A stretch of DNA of 64,000 nt, from NCBI RefSeq assembly GCF_035594765.1, contig NC_085844.1, positions 55,815,923-55,879,922 on the forward strand, given 5' to 3'. Position 1 is the stretch's first letter. The number at the start of each line of letters is the position of its first letter. Shown piece by piece: positions 13,110 through 26,535 of the stretch. Both the position numbers and the translations under genes were made by a program. The notes under the pieces are model-generated. The model was not told the origin of the DNA and ran no database searches. It saw only the letters and a program-made list of their open reading frames with translations. Origin of the DNA: Anolis carolinensis. Its lineage: Eukaryota.

Positions 13110-13676
13110 AGCCTATTGATAGTTTTTCATGTGACCAGTTATTCTTCATGTGTAGTACCTGAAATCGTCTACTAAAATGCTGATCAAGCAAAACAATTCT
13201 TCTTTCCCTTCTTCTTTTGACAAAGAGCACTGATTCGTCAAGAGGTTCAGGATTAATCTCACATATGCTTGGCGTATCTGTCCAGTCATTCTTGTAGTAT
13301 TAATCTACATGAATTGAGCACATCCATTTTACCTGCACTGTACAATTTTGAATGTCACATGGTGTTTAAATAAAAAAATTAATCCAAGAACATGCAGTAG
13401 CTTGCATTTTACTGCCAGAGTGAAACTTCACCATCCTATCAAGGGAGCTTTTTGTAATGTTTGTAATGTGCTGCTTTCGTGCTTTAGCAAAGAAAAATGT
13501 CACTGCTGGGCTTTATTTTTAACAGACTTTTAAAACATCAATTAATGCAAGCAAATGTAAGGGAGAGTTTCTGGTTTTTTATTTACATGGGCGTGCAAAA
13601 GAGAAAGAAAAGAGAGGAGGCAGCTAGGGAGAGCAAGGTTATTTTATTTTTAACTCCAAACGATTGGAGAATATTC

Positions 13677-13698
13677 AGTGTGTGTGTGTGTGTGTGTG
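13677..13698. repeat. (TG)n microsatellite
   Basis: Direct reading. Confidence 0.9.
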
Positions 13699-15464
13699 CA
13701 TGTGTCTGAAAGGCAGAAATGGTCAAATGCCAAACATTCACCAAAAATCAAGAGTTTTTTAACCATGTCTTCAAATAATCATGCTCAAGGTATATTTTCT
13801 GATGGTCTAGAGTGCATTGTTAGCTATCAAAAGTGCAGGCAAATCTAGCAGAGTTTAAACGTCATTGGAGGACCACACTATTGAAATAATGAGTTAAAAT
13901 AACTGTTTTGGCAAAAAGGCCAAGCATGCAACTCTCAAAGCAGGGCATTACCACCACCCCAACATACATACAATCACATGAGCATGCAACAGGCTCAAGA
14001 ATGCCACTTACCTTCTGCTCCATATAACTTATATTTGAGATCTCCCTTTAAAGAATGAAAATATCATATGAATAATTTCAGCTGCTCCTAACTGAACTTT
14101 TGGGATGAAAAGGGAGAATTTTTACTTCGTTTTAACTTTTCAGGATTTCTATCCTAGCTTAATTTAATGTACCGTGATCCACTTTACTTATTGCCAACCT
14201 AGATAGATTAAACCTTGGCTTCTTACTCCTTTTCCTGTCTTTTGTATTCATTGTACATAGAACGTAACAACGGCACCAAGTGATTTTTATGTTTATCGGA
14301 TGGCCGTTCCTTGAAATTGAGAATTTGTTTTCCAGTAAATTTCCCTCAGAGGATCATGAAATTAAATGTGAAATTTCTCCACCTCAGTCAATAAAATACA
14401 CTTATAAAAGGAAGAAGGAAAGGGAAGAGTGCATCCTTTTTTGTGTGTTTCAGGCCATTGTTGTACATCACATCCATTTTGCATAGAATTCTTTTTCTAA
14501 AGTTAGAAAAAAGATTGGTAGCATCTTTTACTAGCGTTTGAATGGACAGTTAATTACATAATGTCTTTCAGCTTTTTTCATTCTCCTTTCCCCATTTTTT
14601 TGCTTTTGAAAATATAACTTTTTTCTCAGTTTTGCCTTGTTACAGACATTCCTTATGTGCATCTCTATCCTTTTAAGATCTTGATTTCTTTCTAGTGAAA
14701 GAAGGAGGCAGAGAAATAAATTCGTCCTGCTTTAAATCAAAGTGTTCCATTTCCTTCTCTTGTTTGTAGACTGACAAGTCAGCATAATGTAACTAGTGCT
14801 ATCGGAACATACATTAGCTTGTTAGCTTCAGATTTCTGGTTTAGAGTAATATTTGGGATTCAAACTTGACAGTCCGAAAACTTCCTGAGATCTATATCCT
14901 GAGTGGTTGCATGCACAGATTTGAATATCACTCCCACATACTGTTAGATTTTCCACACTTTGCAGAGCTTCAGCCAACTACTAAAGTGGATGGTTTGGGA
15001 AGCAGGATGCCACAAGTTTAATTTGTGGCATACAGAGATCACAGTCCGATCTTGGAGACGATGTGGATCCCTCAGTAGTTCGCTAGATGAAACAGTGGTT
15101 TGACCAAGGCCTCATCTGCATTGCCATATAAATTGCCCTCTTAAGGGCTATTTCTTTTCTTTTCTTTTTTAAACCATCAGTTCTAAAAGGCTATGAGCTG
15201 TCCTTGCCTTTTTTCCAGAAGAACAACTAGGAGGGATCTGTTCTGGCTTCTATGGGAAGGGAATTCTGGAACACAGGGACAGCCAATGAGCAAACCCTAT
15301 TATACACTGTGCCAACTGGATAGGCAGTGTTTAAGTTTTCAGATCAAGGTCCTACATACATTTAGCATAACAGAAATATTCACCAGTGTAGTTACTTTGG
15401 ATCCCACATTTAAACAACTTTATGTGCAGTAGGCCCCATAAACCTTGAGTTTCCCCGTTTCATT

Positions 15465-16460
15465 TCCCAGATCGGAGAGGACGTTTGGTAGTGATCGTGT
15501 CAATACCCTGGTTAGATTTTGATTCCATTTGTTGACCAAGGATTCAACAGGATCATTGGTGATGCCTGCCATAGAACCCCCTAAGACCTCCTGGAATCTC
15601 AAAGAATCCATTAGTCTTCGATGGCGGACCATTTTAATAGGTCCTCCCCCCCTGCAGGGGTAGGTTACAGCTGTGATACTAGGCCTGACCAGAAAGTGAT
15701 ATGTCCATGACAACTTGGAGGTATAGATCACCTCCGCCCACAGATCTGTATGCTCCAAGCTAAAAATCGCATCAAGGGTATGACCTGCTGAATGTGTTGG
15801 TCCTGAAACCAATTGAGATAAGCCCATAGTTGTCATGGATACAATGGACTTCTGAGCTACACCTGACAAACTGGTCTCCAATGGTATGTTGAAGTCACCC
15901 AGAAGCAGGAGTCTGCAACAACACCTCTGAGACCAGTTCTGTAAAATTGGCAAGGGAGACTGTTAGGCAGCAGGGTGGATGGTACACTAACAGAATCCCT
16001 AGTTTATCCCTGGTTTTCAGACTCAATGTGATTCATCTTCCTAGTAGGTAGTCTTGGTCTTTATAGACCACAGCTACTTCCCTCCAACACCACCACTCAC
16101 TTTCCCTCACTTGCTCACTAATGCAGTGCTTGGCTGGGAGGGCTTGGGCCCGCGTTGGAGCAATATAATCTCCCAGCCAAGTTTGAGTGAAGCATGCCAG
16201 GTCAGCTCCCTTGTCTTTGATAAGTTCATAGATGATATGAGTCTTATTTTTCACTAACCTGGCATTACTTTAGAGCAAGGTAAGATTTTGTGGGTGGTCT
16301 GCCTCACTCCCCAAGTTCCTAAGGCTGGCAGGTGACTGGACGATGGGATAAGTATTAAACACCTTTCTCTCCTTCCTCTATGAGGACAAGTGACCCTATC
16401 ATCACCATATCTCCTTCTGCCTTGCATGACTTGTATTGCTGCCCCAGTTTCTGTATACAT
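15465..16460 (-). mobile_element. Degenerate L2/CR1-group LINE: 5' part of ORF2 (APE endonuclease), frameshifted
   Basis: Minus-strand ORF fragments carry endonuclease motifs KNKTHII..DLACFTQTWL (TETW-like), LLLGDFNI and GPTHSAGHTLDAIF. Sequence up to about 16860 may be the element's 5' region. Confidence 0.85.
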
Positions 16461-16597
16461 TGAATTAGAAACAAAGGGCAAAAGACATATAAAAAAATAA
16501 AAACACAAAAGACAAATTATGAGACATTAAGGCAACACTTAACACATAACTGTAAAGAGCTGCGCTCAGTGTACTGGTCAAGCTAGCTTCAGGCAGA

Positions 16598-16840
16598 AGT
16601 TCTTATAGTCCAGAAAGCAGGCAGCAGGAATGCTGGTGTCAAAGCTTTTATCTTCTGCACCGTTTCTGCCACTGAGCAGAGCAGGCTCTTAAAGGGTCCA
16701 GTGACCCACCCCCCAACTGCACCTGCCTTCAAGTGGGAGCCCCAGTAGCTGTAGGTAAGGCTAGCTGGACAAAAGTTCTTGTAGTTCTTATAGTCCAGAA
16801 GGCAAGCAGCAGGAATGCTGATGTCAAAGGTCTTACCTTC
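16598..16840. repeat. Dispersed direct repeat, two copies of about 58 bp (16598-16655 and 16783-16840)
   Basis: AGTTCTTATAGTCCAGAA.GCA.GCAGCAGGAATGCTG.TGTCAAAG occurs twice. Confidence 0.85.
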
Positions 16841-19800
16841 ATGCTAGTATAGTGCGCAAGTAACATTTGGGCCCCAAGCTCCAACTCAAATGATCTTGCA
16901 CAGGGGTTTATCATACAGCAAGGAAATTAAATATGTATTGTTACTGAAGCTTCTTTGTAAGTCTTCATTATATTCCTTAGAAATATTTAATAATGAATGA
17001 TTTTTTTTGTTTAGATTTTTAATGGATGCGGCTGGAACTGGCATGAGGAATCATAGGATGAATGTACTTTGATTATTGGTTTTTCTTAAATGATGTTTGT
17101 TGGCTTACAGATGCCTCATTTTTCTTTTCAGTAGTCTTGACCTTCTACATTAGCAGATGCATTTGTGTTTAGGTGCACTTTCATCAAAAATCCCCATTTC
17201 TAATTGAGTTATGATAATATAGGGTAAAGGATTCAGTACTGTAACCCTGTCCTGAAAACCACTGCATTTGTGTTTTTACTATTATAGGGAAGGAATAAGA
17301 ACCAATCTTTCTTACTCTGCTCTGAGTTGTGAAGAATGCTCACTGAAAAGCACATAATCAGTGATTTTATTGTTTTTCATTGTTGTATTACTATAGTACC
17401 ACATATACGCAGAAAGATGCAAAAGAGAAAGTGTGGTGAATTGTTAATGCACTGGAATAATCTAAGTACATATACATATCTAAGTAATCTCTGCTATTTG
17501 ACCCTCTCTAAATCCAGACACATTTTTGCTTTTTCACAGCTAGAAGGATTTTGGTGGGGGGGATTTTTGTTTTGTATAGATGGAAAGAAAAAAAACCTAG
17601 TACTACATATTTTATATATCATTAAAGAAGGGATTATTATAGCCAGTGATCCCCATCAATGCAGGGTTAGGACATATGGACCCACAAGCCAAATATAGTC
17701 TCCCAAGGCTTTTTATAGAAAATATTTTTACCTATTTACCCCAGGACTAATAGGCCATGGATGACTATGGGATGGCAGGGAAGCAAGTGGGAGTCACATT
17801 AGACTGTCCAGATTTGCCTTGCATTTGCATGTTATCCTGCAACTAATGACAGTGCTTGATTTTACATTATATAGATAATGATATCTATATAATACTAGGT
17901 CATTAATCTGGCCATAGCAGATGTGAAGAGGATGCCCAGCTGCATGCTAATTTAAAAATGATTTCTCCTAAGCAGTGGATAATTTTTCATATTTAAAGAC
18001 AAGTTACAATTGCATTATTGTGCTTGTAGCAATAGATAGAAATACTCTCTGTCTGATTAAAAATATTCCTGGCTTCTGATTTCAGCCTGCTTAGAGAGCT
18101 AGCTATCCATGGGTAAAGAGATAGAACTATTCCATGGATTGTATATTTTCTCTTCACTTTTCCCTTGTTTGAATGAGGACCACTTACTTTCCCTCCCCCC
18201 CCCCCAACCCAGCATAAGCTAAATACCATAAAGTAGCTGAAATATTAGTCATTGTCATTATTACGGTAATTACATGTGAAGTTTTTTTCATTCCCTACAC
18301 TTGCCACCAGTAGACTAGTATTTGCTCATGATACTCTGAACTCCTGCTCCCATCCCTGGTGTTAAAACACTGCTTTTCAATAGCAAGTATAGAACCGTTC
18401 ACACCCAAAGTGCAAAAGAATGAAAGATGATAATTTGGAGATCTCTAATAATGAAGTATACCTTTATTTGGCTGAAATTAGAGCAAGAAAGAGATATGGG
18501 AGAAAAGGAGAGCAAGAAGAAGAGAGAAAAGAACATCTGTTTGATCCAGTTTCAAGTTTTATTGGATGAACATTCAAAAGCATTTATCTCTGGACAGAAC
18601 CCTGGCAATTTACTTCATCTCCAATGGCAATAATAACAAATGCGTTTTTTACAGCCAAGTGGTTCAAGCAGCCAACAATGTATCACTATATAATTAATAA
18701 CAATAAGCAATTAAAGAGAACAGCAGGTTACAACAACGAAACACTGAAATATATTAGCACGCAAAAGAAATACAGAACATCTACGTGAAAAAGGAGTGTA
18801 TTGGGTCAATTTATAGCCCTTTTTCTTATGGTGAAAAGATACATACCCATGCTGTACTGTTTCTATGAAACCTTTTATAGAAGCTTTTATTCTGGAAAGT
18901 TTGTGTGGGAATCTTGTGTGAGCCTCACAGGAACAAAAGCAGTACAATATCCAAAACCTACAACTTTGAACGAAAGCAATGGTATATTCTAAGTTGATCA
19001 GTATTGTAGAATCCCAAAGTAAGGTTAATTTCCGGAAGAATTAAAAAAATTACACAGAATTTAACTGTAACAAAGGTGGTGTTGCACTGTCTTTGAATTA
19101 AGACTTCATGAAAATGTCCAACTTTAAGTCCCTGAAAGTTCAGGATGGGTAGCTCCTCTAATAACTCTGCTTTAGAGGGCTAGAAATGAAACTGGAAGTG
19201 ACACATCTTACTCCACATCCTATGAGGCATGCCAGAGTGGCCCTCAGAAATTGAATAGTCCCCACTTTATCCACAATTTCCCATCCCTGCATAAAACGTA
19301 TATTTAGGAGGTGATGGCTGAAAAGAAAATACAGTTACTCTCCAGTGTTTTCCATTATTCAGAGAAAAGCAGCCAAAAGCAATTAAGTCCAGCTAGCTTG
19401 CTGTTTGAGGCCAATGCCTCACCCTTCCTAATGGTAGGGCTAGCACCCAAACTCTCAAAGGGGAAGCAGGGAGTTGAGGGACATAGAGAAGCTATCAATA
19501 TTCATGCTTCATACATTTTACTCATTGTTACTGAGAAGTACTCCATAAATGGATTAAACTGGATTAAACACCATATAATCTCATTTATGTCAGTAGTACA
19601 GCACTGGTGTAAATCCAAATATCATGTCCAGTTCTGTTTTATTATGGTTATTCCTCGACAGATTTATATCTCGGCCTTTAAATATTTTCAAAGTAAATCC
19701 TATTGAAATCAGTCCAACTTTCTTTCAAGAAGCATCTGTGAGGTATTTCACTGAGATTATCCTATGAGTTTTCTCTGGAGCAAGTGGTTTGCGGATTACA

Positions 19801-22800
19801 ACAAAGTACTGAAGTTTCTCACAGTAAAACAAAAAAAAGGGCACTTGATGTAATATTTAGCTATAGAAGCAGGTTATTTCCCTACTCACATGTAACCTTG
19901 AAGTAGAGTTGAAATCCCTGACAAAAGTAATGTTAGTTATAAAACCTCTATTTAAGCATAATTTTGACTTTACTCTTTCTACTTCAAAACCTACTTTATC
20001 TACATGCATACTACCCCACTTATGTGACGCTTACTTAAATATTGACATTCATGTAACTATAAAACATGGGTGGCAATCTCCTCCAGATGTTGCTAGACTA
20101 AAACTTGCATCATCATTCATCTTTGGCTTTCTTGGCTTAGGCTATTGGGACACACAGCCCAGGAGGATCACGTGACTATCACTTTAGCTATCCTAGAAAG
20201 CAGCATTAAAGTTCTGGATGTATTTTATTCAAGTGACATTATTGGTATTAGATGTCTGATAGCTTCCAAGCAGGAATCCAGAGCTGGGAGAAAAAAAAGA
20301 CTATAAAGTAGTTAGGTAGGTAATAACAATAGCGAGGTGTGTCTGCAAGAGAGGTATGATTGTGATAGCATGGCTGTGTTGCATCTCTTGCTCCAGACCC
20401 TGAAACCAACCTTAAAAACCACTAATATGTCCCAAGCAATGAACAATGGCTCAGCCTAGTGGAGTGCTGGAGGATAATGTTGCCAGCCCCCTTCCTATTG
20501 AAAGATGATACAATAAAGATATGTGACAGGACCCACTAGAGTACCTACTTCAACTCCTCACACCATTCACCATTGGCAAGAAGGAGCTGGTTCTGCTTAC
20601 CAAAATCACAACACTTAGAACAGTTGCTCAGAACAGCTGACTGGCTTTTAAGATGAGCTTCAAGGGCAGCCATGATTGTGCCAATGATACCATCATCATA
20701 AATGTGAATAGGCAATAGTTATGCAATCATAAGCCTCACCACCTACAACATCATAACAGGATGAGAACCTATGTATTTCTGTGATCAGCTTCTGTACAGC
20801 TTATATAAACCTTAAATAATCCACTTGTAAAAATGAGGGCTGATCATGGCAGCCATAAAAATAAACTCTCATACCGCAACCACCTCCAACTCCAAAGAAA
20901 AGTAAACCCTGGTCCCAAAATAAGATCTTGTAAAGCCACTGTAGCTAAGGTTAAAAATATGGTTGCATCTCATATACTACTACACCACTTTGAATCTGAT
21001 TTAAGAGAGGAACATGGGGTAATAACAATAACAATAATACTACACTGGTAATGTATTTTCTAGTAAAATGAGAATCATAATAATACATACATAATAAAAG
21101 CTAATTGAACTCATCTAACCATATGAATGTATGTAATAATATGCTAGATAGAACAACTCTGAAGAAAGATGAAGCAACCATCTCTCTTGAAGAAAATGAA
21201 AAACCGAATTTAAGATTAATGTTTGATCCAGTCATGTCTGAAAGTTTTAAAGAAATAACGCTAGTTTGTTCATTTTATAGATCAGATTAAATGTAGCCCA
21301 AAAAACCCCAGTGATGTCATGAAACAGCTTTATGTCATTCTATGTAGTATATCAACATACTACTCCTAATACATTGTGATTGATATTCAGAAATCCTTAG
21401 GAAATTCAACCCGGCTCTGTTTTGCTCATTTAGAAGGTTTAGAAGGACAAGTGGTGTTTTTGTGATGATCCAAGTTCTTTGTAACTCACCTACCCCCCCC
21501 CCCCCTTTGTAATGATTTAGACTCTCGCTGCACATCTGAGCAAAAATTACTTGATGTGCATAGAAGTGAAGCTGATCCATTGTAGTGTGGAATTCATATT
21601 GACTTGACTACTTGTCTCAATGTTAAAAGATGTTTTCCCTGTAGAACAGGTAGCATTTGGTTTATGCTGCATGAAGTATCCATGAAGTATCCTCTTTCAA
21701 TTTTACCAATTTGTGTTTTTTTTGTGTAGAACTCGATGGTAGATATACCAGTACTTCCACCAGTTCCAGAAGTCCCAGACGGGTGGGCAATACTAGTAGG
21801 TATTTAATATCAAGCAACAGAGAAAGTTATCTCTTGAAACATGACAATTACTTTTAAAAAATACACTCAATATAGCATTATAGAATTACTTACAAAACTG
21901 AGAGATACAGTGCCTTAAAATAGCCCATAACATTTTGACTCTGACTTAAAATATGTTTTCCATAATGTCAGTGTAATCTTTATTAATAGCAGCTCTCCCC
22001 TCAGAAACATACACCTATATTATGTAGTTTTAATTGCTCATTTTATTATAATTTTATGTAATTTTATGTTGAAGGGAAATACTAGAAACGTAATTTTCAG
22101 AGAGAGAAATGTTATACAAGCACACAGTTAGAAACCTGGAACTTGCGGGGATATCTACACAAATCTAAAATGTCGATTGGCTTGTTCCCTGTGGAATTTG
22201 GAAAGTGTATGAGTTCTATGAGCCAAAGGATTAATTTCTACTACAGTATCCTTGTAATCTGAGTCTCCTTGTAAAAACTTCAGTATCCAAGATGTCTCTG
22301 GGAAGTCAGGGCATTTAAACTGGTGTAATAGCTACTCGCAAAATATATGCACACCTAATTAAATTACCTATCATTTTAAGTACCTTCTAGGTTCTAGTCC
22401 TACTTTGACTATAGCATGTTTCTATTTTTGTACTGTGATGGAGCTTCCTCTAGGAAATGTTTTCAAGTCACAGTAGCAATGTTTCAAATGCAGCATTACA
22501 TGGATTTCCTTAATTGCAGGGTTTTTCCCATGCCAGGATCTCCCTTTCTTTGGAATATGGCACAAATGATATTAAAGATTACATTACTACTGTGACAAAA
22601 TAAACTGAGGGTGGGGAGAGAAGGAGCACTAATACTGGTCTATGTTATCTGTCAGAAATGTCCCACTATCTTCAGTGAGAGCAGGATGAGAAATAATTGG
22701 TCAAAGAGTTTGTTTTGTTCCATAAACTAATGATTGCCATCATTGTTGGCTGATGATTTCCAAGTCAAGTGATGCCATCAATCCCTACTGGGCCTTAGTC

Positions 22801-22848
22801 TGAACTTTAAAAGGGCTATCCAAAAGGATGGGTGAGGGCTTGATAAGG

Positions 22849-23005
22849 TTATTTATTTCATGTCAAAAGGATTGCATAAATAAGTGTAAAACTGATAAAA
22901 TAGAGGGAGCACAAGCGGCTAAATAATTTTAAACCAAAAATGGGCAACAGCGACCACATTGTCTGTAGCTTTAAACAGTTCTTCCTCTGTACATGAGGCA
23001 GGGCA
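22849..23005 (-). mobile_element. LINE 3' end fragment, Vingi-like
   Basis: Minus strand reads CPASCTEEELFKATDNVVAVAHFWFKII*, then a short 3' UTR and a TAAA-type tail. Family assignment is from recall. Confidence 0.65.
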
Positions 23006-24570
23006 CAAGGTGGAAGATTCTTCTAGGTAGTGCTGCTATGCCAGGTTGTCTTTTGATCTGCCGACTCCGCATCTGAGTCTGTTCAGGTTAAGGACATGGA
23101 ATAACCTTTTTAAAGGGATACGGTTATGCACATGGGATAGATTTTTTTTTAAATGGTCTAAAAGTCAGAGTGGGTTCTTCACTCGATTGACGTGGAAGCT
23201 ACTACTGAATGCCATAAAAGAGAGGTGTATTTGAATTTCCTTATTTTTGCTACATTTTCAGACCAATGAAAAAAGTGATTATCCCATATCTTCAAAAATT
23301 ACTGTCAATGCAATTAAAAGTGTCTATAAGATAACAGAACAGCAGTGGTTCCCAAATGGTGGGTGACGGGAAATGTTGGTAGGGTTTCCTTATGGTGTAG
23401 GTTGCACACATTTACCTGGTTAGAAGAAGTCAAAGCTTACCTTATCCTACTCAAATACAGGATTGTAATCCACACAAGAGGTCTAATATAGCATTAGAGT
23501 TTGGCTGCCAGTTACTGAATGGGTAATGGCACACATCCATGGCAGCTGTCTCCCACCTTTCCCCCTGCTCCTGGCAGCCTTCTCCTGTTGCATATAGAGC
23601 AACGCTGTAGTACTCTTTCCTGTTGAAACTTGCTGTTCCAAAATGGCAAAAGCAGCACTATTAAAATGGCACTACATCAGCATACCCTGGGGAGGAAAAG
23701 TCCTTTCCATCTGGTTCTAAAGCAAAGCTGCTACATCCCAACAAATTGCTGCCCTAGGCTTTTATCTAGGGTCATCCACTATAAGTCCAGCATTGCTTAG
23801 AGTGATAGGTAAGACCTGACACACTCTTCCACTGAAATTACTCGTGTTTGGAGTGGGATGCAGTCATGCCACTTATGTTACCTTGAAGTTGAGATTCCAT
23901 TTCAAGCTATGCTTTCTTAAATAGCAGAAAGAAATATATTGTTTTTACTTAGAATGTTTCGTATAACATAATCTGCAATAGCAAGAGTGTAACGTAACTT
24001 TACAATGGAACCCAGTCTTCCCTTTTATGACATTGTCTATTTCTGAATGTCAGACACTAAAAGCTAACAATAGATGAAGCTATTGTGATGATTCCCTGCT
24101 TGTGATCTTCCCTGTGGCATCTTTTCTCTGCAGTGAAGAGGACAAAATACTAGGCGAGGATTACTCTCAGTGTGCCCCAGCATGGCATTTCTTGGGAAGA
24201 AAACCACAGTTCAGTAGCACAGTACATGTTTTATCCCTGGCATCTCCAGTTTAAAAGGGAGCTTGAGCAACCGAATTGGGAAAGATAGCTACTTAACAAC
24301 CTGCACCAGTCAGAATGGTTAGCATTTAGTGATATGGACTAACTTCCCTTATTCAGTGTTAGGCAGCCTGATGTATGTGCCTTTATGATCTCACAATTCA
24401 GTCAAAGCTAAATCAAATCTATACATTATCATCAGACTACAAGTAGCAAATCGCATGTTTGATTTTAATCACATGTCAAAAAGCTTTTCAAAAATGGAAA
24501 CAAACCATGATACATGGAAGCGAATATGCTGAGTTTCTACAAGCATGGAGTTCCTTACACAATTAAACAT

Positions 24571-25372
24571 ACATGGGTTGTTGTGCATTTTCCAGGCTGT
24601 ATGGCCATGTTCCAGAAGCATTCTCTCCTGACGTTTCGCCCACATCTATGGCAGGCATTAATGGCTGTGCAAGTTTCATTCCTGCCTGGGGGAATCCTTT
24701 GTTTGGCAGCGTTAGCTGCCCCTGATTGATTCATATCTGTAATTCCTCAAGGAACATGAAAGACTCTGCAGACTAACTCAACCAGAGAAGTCAGCCATAG
24801 CAGAGCCCTTAATGAGCCAACCTGGACACAGCATATTATTTGAGAACACAGCAGTGCTGGAACACTCTTAACAACCACTATGTCAGACTACACAGAGAAG
24901 CCATTGAAATATACAAACATGTGGACAGTTTCAACAGAAAGGAGGAAACAATGAAAATGAACAAAATCTGGCTGCCAGTATTAAAAAAATCTAAAATCAG
25001 AACAGTAAATAAAGAGCAACACTCTGAAAACAGGAATTACAGACATGAATCAGTCAAAGGCAGCTAATACCACTGAACAAAGGATTCCCCCAGGCAGGAA
25101 TGAAGCTTGCAAGGCCATTAATGCTAATCAAGGTGATTAATTACAACATTAACACTGGCCTTCAACAGATAAGAGTCCTTTTTCCCACCTTGGACCTTCC
25201 ACAGATATATATACCTCCCTTGCTTAGTTTTCCAATATACCTCACAACCTCTGAGGATGCCCGCCACAGATGTCGGCAAAACATCAGGAGAGAATGCTTC
25301 TGGAACATGGCCATACAGCCTGGAAAATGCACAACAACTTATTGATTTCGGCCATGAAAGCCTTCAACAACA
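24571..25372 (+). mobile_element. Penelope-like retroelement, 5'-truncated, with inverted pseudo-LTR
   Basis: GIY-YIG-region C-terminus HYVRLHREAIEIYKHVDSFNRKEETMKMNKIWLPVLK; inverted arms 24577-24658 vs 25257-25338 and 24658-24748 vs about 25032-25121; 10-bp flanking duplication AATTAAACAT at 24561-24570 and 25373-25382. Confidence 0.88.
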
Positions 25373-26262
25373 AATTAAACATTCAGTTCTGAAAAGTTGC
25401 AGAGGCCTCTAACATGGTAGCTTCCTCCATGGTATTTTACTTTCTTGTTGTTGTTCTCCACTTTTGACTTCTTTGTAGGTAGAAGGGAAAGCGAGAGTTT
25501 TCCTCTATAGTTTACTCCTAGCTTGATCAACATCTAACAAGGGAGGACTGAACATTATTTAGCCTATATACTGGGTTTCTTTTTTCTTTCCTCTTCTTTC
25601 TTGCAGTTGCAGCTTCTTCTAGCACTGTAAACATTTCCCTCTAGCAAATCCCAGCGGAATATTTGATTTTAGCATCTCCATTTCCATACTGCTATATCTC
25701 TGAATTGTTTTTGGTTTTGGTGATAATTCCTGAGAAATTATAAATGACAGGATGCCCTTTACAATCAGGAAGAAATGATGAGCATATGCTAGAAGTCTTC
25801 AGGCAATGTTAATTTCTGTACATGGTCTTTAAAGTGTCAATGTGCGTTGACTCAGTGTAGTTATGAACCATTTAGAGTGCTAGGAAACAGCAGGAAGAAA
25901 AGGCCATTCCATGTTGAAAGAAAAAGGCAAAATTTGGGATGGTGCTGCAGGGCAGCTTACAGGGAGGAATTGACTTAAGACTGCAGCAGAATCAGTGAAG
26001 AGAAAGGGAGACCCTTGGGAACCTCTCTATGTGATCATGCCTCATCTCCATTTTATCTTTTGTATAGCACTTATGCAAGCCCCACCCAGAGACTGTGATG
26101 AAATGCTCCATAAACACAGTATTGGGAGGGGGGTGTTAGGTGTGCTACAGCAAAAAAGTAAAGGGTTTACAAAATTGCGTAACAGAGGAATGTAGAGAAA
26201 AATAGTGGTCAGATTCTTTAGTGCTTTAATGCAGGAATCCTGTGTGTATTTAGTTGGGAGTT

Positions 26263-26535
26263 CTTTTCATGTCAGGAATGACTTGAGAAACTACAAGTCA
26301 CTTCTGGTGTGATAGAATTGACCGTCTGCAAGGACGTTGCCCAAGGGATGCCCGGATGTTTTGATGTTTTACCATCCTTGTGGGAGGCTTCTCTCATGTC
26401 CCTGTATGGGGAGCTGGAGCTGACAGAGGGAGCTCATCTGAGCTCTCTCTGGATTCAAACTGGAAACCTTCAGGTCAGCAACCCAACCTTCAGGTTAGCA
26501 ATCCTGCTGGGTTTAACCCATTGCGCCACTGGGGG
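26263..26535 (-). mobile_element. tRNA-derived SINE (head related to the Sauria-type SINE), near full length
   Basis: Minus-strand head CCCCCAGTGGCGCAATGGGTTAAA (A box), B-box-like GTTTGAATCC, duplicated GCTGACCTGAAGGTT motif, short A tail; GGGAGTT present on both flanks. Confidence 0.8.

Noticed and set aside
17866-17893. 12-bp-arm AT-rich inverted repeat
   Set aside because: Low complexity; plausible by chance or local slippage, with no supporting context.
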